In this document: piece by piece, positions 58,838 through 64,000 of the stretch
How positions within the stretch are numbered: position 1 is the first letter of the stretch
Layout of the letters: each line of letters begins with the position of its first letter
DNA from: Candidatus Enterousia sp.
Lineage (GTDB): Bacteria > Pseudomonadota > Alphaproteobacteria > Rs-D84
Length of the DNA stretch: 64,000 nt
Reading direction: 5' to 3'
Assembly: GCA_045613785.1 (NCBI GenBank)
Contig: JAZLBQ010000003.1
Coordinates: 1 to 64,000, forward strand
Position numbers and translations under genes: made by a program
The notes under the pieces: model-generated
The model's input: the letters and a program-made list of their open reading frames with translations, nothing else
What the model was told of the DNA's origin: nothing
The model's database searches: none

Positions 58838-60304
58838 ATGATAAGAATTTCAAAATCTGATTATGTTTTGGGGTTAAAATGTCCAAATGCATTGTGGTTC
58901 AAGAATTTTCGTAAGGATCTGATTCCAGAAAAAAATGATACTGTTCTTGAACGGGGGACTGCAGTTGGAGAATTGGCCTGTGATAGATTTCCAGGTGGTG
59001 TTCGAATTACTGCAAAGCCGTGGGAAGAAGAGGCCTTGATTCAAACTAAAAATGCAATGGACAAAGGTGCATCGTATATTTATGAGGCAACGTTCGCAAC
59101 AGAAACAGGCGAATATTGTGCAGTTGATATATTAAAAAATAATGGCGATGGAACATGGTCTATTATAGAGGTAAAGTCAACCACTGCTGTGCATCCGTAT
59201 CATACGCTGGATGTTTCGTTTCAACGATATGTTTGCGAAAGAGCTGGGGTTAAAATTTCTGGCTGTGGTGTGTTAGTGTTGGACAATAAATATGTCCGTT
59301 GCGGAGATTTGGATTTGCAACAGTTGTTTCAGTTGAATTCTGTTGATGAAGAAATGCAAGATATGGAAACTGTTGAAAAAGAGGTTGCACGATTACGGGC
59401 TTTGTTGGATGGGGCAGAGTTAGGTGTTGCGATATCCAAGGTAAAATGTAATAAGTTTTATGAATGTGGATATAAATATCATTGCTGGAAAGATGTGCCA
59501 GAATATTCTGTATTTAATGTGTTTCGTGGAAAACTTGCTGATGAGGTTTATGAAAAATATGGGATGGATTTAAAAAATGTGCCAGCAGAATTGTATGCAC
59601 GTCAGTTGCATCCTGGAGATATAGAGACTTTTTTGGATAATGTTGAACTGATAGATAGAAATGCGTTAAACGAATTTATTTCGGAATTAAAATATCCGTT
59701 GTATTTTTTAGATTATGAGTCAATACAATCTGCAGTGCCGATGTTTGATAATTCTCGTGCTTATCAACAGATTTGTTTTCAATTTTCACTGCATGTTCAG
59801 CGAAAGCCTGGGGCAGAGTTGGAACATTTTGAATATCTGCATGATGTGTCTGGTGCTGACCCTCGTCCGGGGTTGATAAAAAAATTGATAGCGTCCATTG
59901 GTAAAGAGGGCTCGGTAATTGTTTATAACAAGTCTTTTGAAAAAACAGCAAATGAAATGATGGCTGTTGATTTTCCAGAATATGCAGATGAATTGCGGGC
60001 GATAAATGATAGGGTGGTTGATTTAATGAATCCGTTCAAAGATAGGTTTTTATATCGACCATGTCAGATGGGCAGCTATTCAATAAAGAAGACATTGCCA
60101 ACCTTTGTGCCGGATATGACATATGAAGGTATGGGGATTTGTAATGGTGGTCAGGCTAGCGAAGAATTTATGGAATTTATGTTAGGACAACAGTCTTCAG
60201 AAAAATCAGAAAAGATGATGAAAAATTTACGTGAATATTGCGGACAGGATACGTTGGCGATGGTTCGCTTGCTGGATGTTGTTCGTGGTCTTATAACTGA
60301 ATGA
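58838..60304 (+). CDS. DUF2779-type protein (PD-(D/E)XK nuclease-like N-terminus, RNase H-like C-terminus)
   Basis: ISKSDY...CP..LW, VDIL...IIEVKST, YPLYFLDYE, YQQICFQFSLH, GSYSIKKTLP, EYCGQDT. Confidence 0.8.
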   Translation: MIRISKSDYVLGLKCPNALWFKNFRKDLIPEKNDTVLERGTAVGELACDRFPGGVRITAKPWEEEALIQTKNAMDKGASYIYEATFATETGEYCAVDILKNNGDGTWSIIEVKSTTAVHPYHTLDVSFQRYVCERAGVKISGCGVLVLDNKYVRCGDLDLQQLFQLNSVDEEMQDMETVEKEVARLRALLDGAELGVAISKVKCNKFYECGYKYHCWKDVPEYSVFNVFRGKLADEVYEKYGMDLKNVPAELYARQLHPGDIETFLDNVELIDRNALNEFISELKYPLYFLDYESIQSAVPMFDNSRAYQQICFQFSLHVQRKPGAELEHFEYLHDVSGADPRPGLIKKLIASIGKEGSVIVYNKSFEKTANEMMAVDFPEYADELRAINDRVVDLMNPFKDRFLYRPCQMGSYSIKKTLPTFVPDMTYEGMGICNGGQASEEFMEFMLGQQSSEKSEKMMKNLREYCGQDTLAMVRLLDVVRGLITE

Positions 60305-60439
60305 TTTATCGTTTTGATTGTTTAATGAAAAACAGGCACCGAAGTGCCTGTTTTTTTTGTATTATGAGTTTTGTCTTGATTTAGTTAATGTGATTTAACT
60401 ATAATAGTTAGGTAGGGTGAATTATTTTGTGGTGGGATT

Positions 60440-60835
60440 ATGTATGAAGAATTGTTGATGTTTTGTGAAAATGTCTTGAAAAATCGGGCGGTTGTATCGA
60501 TTCGGCCTAGTGAAGTTCGTTTGTTGATGTTGCTGGGTAATGCTGGTGGCGTTTGTAATCCTGCGACAATAGCACAGGTGTTGGGAGTTTCAAAACCGAT
60601 GATAACTGCAAGTTTGGCAAATTTGATTAAATTGGGGTTGGTGGCCAAAGTTCCGTCGCCAGAAGATGGGCGAAGTGTATTGGTTCTGCCAACGAAAAAA
60701 GGTAGCCAGTTGTTGAATGAAATAAAACAAAAAAATCAAAACTTTATGGATGATTTGGCTGAAAAAATTGGGCGGAAAAAATTTGATTCTTTTATAAAAA
60801 CAATTGTGGATCTAAATAATTTGATGAAAAAATAA
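60440..60835 (+). CDS. MarR family transcriptional regulator
   Basis: IAQVLGVSKPMIT...LIKLGLV...EDGRS...TKKG. Confidence 0.85.
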   Translation: MYEELLMFCENVLKNRAVVSIRPSEVRLLMLLGNAGGVCNPATIAQVLGVSKPMITASLANLIKLGLVAKVPSPEDGRSVLVLPTKKGSQLLNEIKQKNQNFMDDLAEKIGRKKFDSFIKTIVDLNNLMKK

Positions 60836-60884
60836 GAATTCATACCCGGCGAAACTTGCCGGGTTTTTTGATATCTTTTGAGGT

Positions 60885-61637
60885 ATGAAACAAGTTAAAA
60901 TAAAATGGATTTTTATTCTTTTGGCGATTTCGATTGTTCTGGTTGGGGGTGTAATTTTACTCAATCTGTGGGTAAATAAACGACCGTTTTTTTATGCTGG
61001 AACTTTGGAAACGACTAAGGTTGTTTTGGCGTCTCGGGTGGCATCAGATGTTGATGATGTTTTCGTTGTGGAAGGCGATGTTGTCCAAAAAGGGCAACCT
61101 TTGATGAATTTGTCTTGTGATGCGTATAAAATTTTGGCACGCCAAATTGATCGTGATTTTGAACGTGCTACGGCATTGTTGCAGCGTGGGCATATTACTG
61201 ATGTGGAATATGATGTGTTAGTGCGTAATAAACAGGATAATGACTTGCGATTAGGGTGGTGTTTAGTAAAAAGCCCAATAGATGGTTTGGTTATAACAAA
61301 ATTTCGTGAGGTAGGTGAAGTTGTCGCACCCGGAATGACATTGATTTCTGTGGCAAACCCATATGATATATGGGCGTATTTTTATGTGCCTTATACTGTT
61401 TTGCACAAATTAAAGGTTGGACAGAGAGTTGTTGGAGTTTTGCCAGAAGCCGAAAATATGAGTTTTTCAGGGCGGATTATAAAAATTAGCGAGGAAGCAG
61501 AATTTACACCAAAAAATGTCCAGACACGTGATGAAAGAACACGCTTGGTATATGGAGTCAAGGTTCAGTTTGATAATCCTGAACTGATTTTAAAATCAGG
61601 TATGACAATTGAAAGCACGTTGGAACAAGATGAATGA
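60885..61637 (+). CDS. HlyD/YbhG-like periplasmic adaptor of ABC exporter
   Basis: N-terminal TM helix, VVEGDVVQKG, KSPIDG, EAEFTPKNVQTRDER. Confidence 0.88.
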   Translation: MKQVKIKWIFILLAISIVLVGGVILLNLWVNKRPFFYAGTLETTKVVLASRVASDVDDVFVVEGDVVQKGQPLMNLSCDAYKILARQIDRDFERATALLQRGHITDVEYDVLVRNKQDNDLRLGWCLVKSPIDGLVITKFREVGEVVAPGMTLISVANPYDIWAYFYVPYTVLHKLKVGQRVVGVLPEAENMSFSGRIIKISEEAEFTPKNVQTRDERTRLVYGVKVQFDNPELILKSGMTIESTLEQDE

Positions 61638-62382
61638 TGTTGCTATTTTGGTTGATGGTATATCAAAACGCTTTAAAAATATTTTAGCGTTAGATGATGT
61701 GTCTGGAAATTTCTCAAATGATAATTTGTATGGTGTTATTGGGCCTGCAGGGGCAGGAAAAACAACTTTGTTTCGGATAATGATGGAATTGATGCAAGCT
61801 AATTCCGGGGTCGTATCTTATTTTGAATATGGTAAGAAAATTTCATATGCGAATATACAAGAGCGTATTGCTTATATGCCGCAAAGTCAAAGTTTGTATG
61901 CAGATTTGTCTGTTGGGGAACATCTGGATTTTTTTCGTAAATTGTATGGAATTGATGATGCGGAATATTTCAAAAAAAGAAAGGATTTGTTGGGACTGGC
62001 TAGGTTGGAAAAATTTGTAGACAGACCAGCAGGTCAATTGTCAGGAGGAATGTATAAAAAATTGGGGCTGATATGTGCGTTGTTGCGGTCGCCTAGGATT
62101 ATGTTGCTGGATGAACCGACAAATGGGGTTGATCCAATTAGTCGGCGTGAATTCTGGGAATTGTTAAATGATGCAAAAAATAGTGGAATTTTAGTCATTA
62201 TGTCAACGGCTTATATGGACGAAGCTGAACGGTGCAGCAATGTAATGTTGATGGAGCGTGGACGTGTTTTGGCAACAGGGCAACCAGATGAATTGCTGAA
62301 AAAATATAACAGCCGAAATTTTGATGAACTGTTTTTTAAGCGGGGGCAACAGATATATGAAAAAGAAAATCGTAGAAGTTAA
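61630..62382 (+). CDS. ABC transporter ATP-binding protein (YbhF N-terminal-like)
   Basis: GPAGAGKTT, LSGGMYKKLGL, LLDEPTNGVDPISRREFW, STAYMDEAE. Confidence 0.9.
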   Translation: MNDVAILVDGISKRFKNILALDDVSGNFSNDNLYGVIGPAGAGKTTLFRIMMELMQANSGVVSYFEYGKKISYANIQERIAYMPQSQSLYADLSVGEHLDFFRKLYGIDDAEYFKKRKDLLGLARLEKFVDRPAGQLSGGMYKKLGLICALLRSPRIMLLDEPTNGVDPISRREFWELLNDAKNSGILVIMSTAYMDEAERCSNVMLMERGRVLATGQPDELLKKYNSRNFDELFFKRGQQIYEKENRRS

Positions 62383-63268
62383 AAATATGTCTGTTAAATT
62401 TGGAGATTTTGTTGCTGTGGACGATGTTTCTTTTGAGATCGGACGTGGAGAGATTTTTGGATTTTTAGGTGCTAATGGAGCAGGAAAAACAACAACTATA
62501 AGGGTGCTGTGTGGTTTGCTGCCTGCAACAAGTGGCGTCGTGTTTGTCGATGGTGTGCGATTTGTGTCTGGACAGGAAAACAAGATAAAAGAAAAGGTTG
62601 GGTATATGTCTCAACGTTTTACGTTGTATAATGATTTGTCTGTAAAAGAAAATTTTGATTTTGCCGCTGATTTACGTGATATGAATTCAAGGCAATATCT
62701 GAATAATCGTGAACGATTATTAAATTTTATTGGTTTTGATAGGCGATTAAATGTCTTGGTAAAAGATTTGCCAGGTGGAATAAAACAAGAAGTTGCATTG
62801 TGTGTTGCGTTGATTCATCAACCTTTGATTGTGTTTCTTGATGAGCCGACTGCTGGTGTCGCACCAACCGCAAGATTACGGTTTTGGCAATTGATAAAAG
62901 AATTGGCTAGGTCTGGAATCACAGTGTTTGTAACAACACATTATATGGACGAAGCAGAAAATTGTTCAAGAATTGCGTTGATGAAAGATGGGCGATTGAT
63001 TGCAATAGATAGTCCAGATGCGTTAAAGAAAAATACATTTGATGGAGATTTGTTTTCTTTGCGTCAAAAACGAAAAAATCCTTGTCGGCCGTTGCCAGAT
63101 GTGGTGGATGTTTGGCAGCCGTATGGTGCGAATTTTCATTTGCGTTTTCGTGATGGTGTTGATGTGGCAGAGCAATTGCGTCGCTTGAAGCAGGACTGGG
63201 AAATTAGCCAGATTACACCGTCACTAGAAGATGTGTTTATTAAATTGGTCGAAGGAAAAAGTAAATGA
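62357..63268 (+). CDS. ABC transporter ATP-binding protein (YbhF C-terminal-like)
   Basis: GANGAGKTT, GYMSQRFTLY, FLDEPTAGV, TTHYMDEAE, PSLEDVFI. Confidence 0.9.
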   Translation: MKKKIVEVKNMSVKFGDFVAVDDVSFEIGRGEIFGFLGANGAGKTTTIRVLCGLLPATSGVVFVDGVRFVSGQENKIKEKVGYMSQRFTLYNDLSVKENFDFAADLRDMNSRQYLNNRERLLNFIGFDRRLNVLVKDLPGGIKQEVALCVALIHQPLIVFLDEPTAGVAPTARLRFWQLIKELARSGITVFVTTHYMDEAENCSRIALMKDGRLIAIDSPDALKKNTFDGDLFSLRQKRKNPCRPLPDVVDVWQPYGANFHLRFRDGVDVAEQLRRLKQDWEISQITPSLEDVFIKLVEGKSK

Positions 63269-64000
63269 AAATATTTTCTTGGCAGCGGAGTTGGGCCATC
63301 TTTGTCAAAGAGTTTAAGCACATAGTGCGTGATCCTTTTACGTTGATAATGGCGTTAGTTTTACCTTTGCTGATTGTTTTGATTTTGGGAACTTCTATTG
63401 AATTTAATGTTAAATCAATCAATATGGGGGTTGTCGATACTGATAAATCAATGGCGTCTAGAAAGTTGATAGAAACTTTTGATAGTTCTGGGTATTTTAA
63501 ATCTTATGATGTAATGCAGGCCGATGACGCAATAGATGATATGGTGGATGGTCTGTCCCGTGTGGCGATTGTTGTGCCACAGAATTTTGAGCATGATTTA
63601 TTCGCACGTAATTCAGCAAATGTTCAAATATTAGTTGATGGAACAGAAAGTTCGTCAATAATGTCGGTGATGAACTGTTTGAATACGGTGAATCAAAAGG
63701 CTTATTTCAAAATAAATGATGTGCCAGCACAGGCGTTATCGCAGGGGATAACATATAAAGTGCGTTATTTGTTTAATCCAGAGTTAAATTCTCGTTGGTT
63801 TGCTGTGCCAGGATTGGCTGCTGTTATTATTGCATTGGTGGCGATAATGCTGACGGCATTGACGATATGCAGAGAGTGGGAGCGTGGCTCTATGGAGATG
63901 TTGTTGTCCACACCTGCTAGTCGGTTAGATATTATTTTGGGCAAAGTTGTGCCGTATGCAATTATTAGTTTTATTGGTTTTGTGTTGGTGTTCTTGGTCG
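63265..64000 (+). CDS. ABC transporter permease (YbhS-like), truncated by the window end
   Basis: ATGA overlap with the upstream stop; KEFKHIVRDP, FNPELNSRWFAVPGL, REWERGSMEMLLSTP. Confidence 0.88.
   Translation, partial: MKIFSWQRSWAIFVKEFKHIVRDPFTLIMALVLPLLIVLILGTSIEFNVKSINMGVVDTDKSMASRKLIETFDSSGYFKSYDVMQADDAIDDMVDGLSRVAIVVPQNFEHDLFARNSANVQILVDGTESSSIMSVMNCLNTVNQKAYFKINDVPAQALSQGITYKVRYLFNPELNSRWFAVPGLAAVIIALVAIMLTALTICREWERGSMEMLLSTPASRLDIILGKVVPYAIISFIGFVLVFLV

Noticed and set aside
61630-63268. Two consecutive ABC ATPase ORFs as a frameshifted ybhF pseudogene
   Set aside because: Each ORF has its own start and complete Walker A/B motifs with a short overlap, so two genes is the simpler reading; read checking would settle it.

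Overview
This is a gene-dense, AT-rich 64 kb chromosomal segment from a Gram-negative bacterium, most likely an anaerobic, host-associated alphaproteobacterium with a streamlined genome. Alpha-type CarD, ClpXP, Rho, RpsU and the LptBC/MsbA/BamE envelope machinery sit beside a NifJ-type pyruvate:ferredoxin oxidoreductase. The style resembles the uncultured gut Rs-D84/'Ca. Enterousia' lineage, which is an inference. Housekeeping genes and five tRNAs (Ala-TGC, Pro-GGG, Leu-AAG, Arg-ACG, Pro-TGG) are interleaved with many lineage-specific genes. Main observations: (1) an orphan VirB11-type ATPase, plus six dispersed orphan proteins without signal peptides that all end in a C-terminal Arg, a candidate type IV secretion effector set that includes a divergent kinase-like protein and a basic repeat protein; (2) a rare tRNA-Leu with an A34 (AAG) anticodon; (3) an Rz/Rz1-like spanin pair and a superinfection-immunity-like gene with no prophage around them; (4) an unannotated 35-aa metallothionein-like ORF; (5) a tandem-hairpin 5' leader on an outer-membrane protein gene; (6) antisense or duplicated tRNA 3'-end elements behind two tRNAs; (7) families of Cys-rich secreted proteins. 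No CRISPR array, rRNA, transposase or integrase was seen. All family calls come from motif recognition by eye, not database searches.
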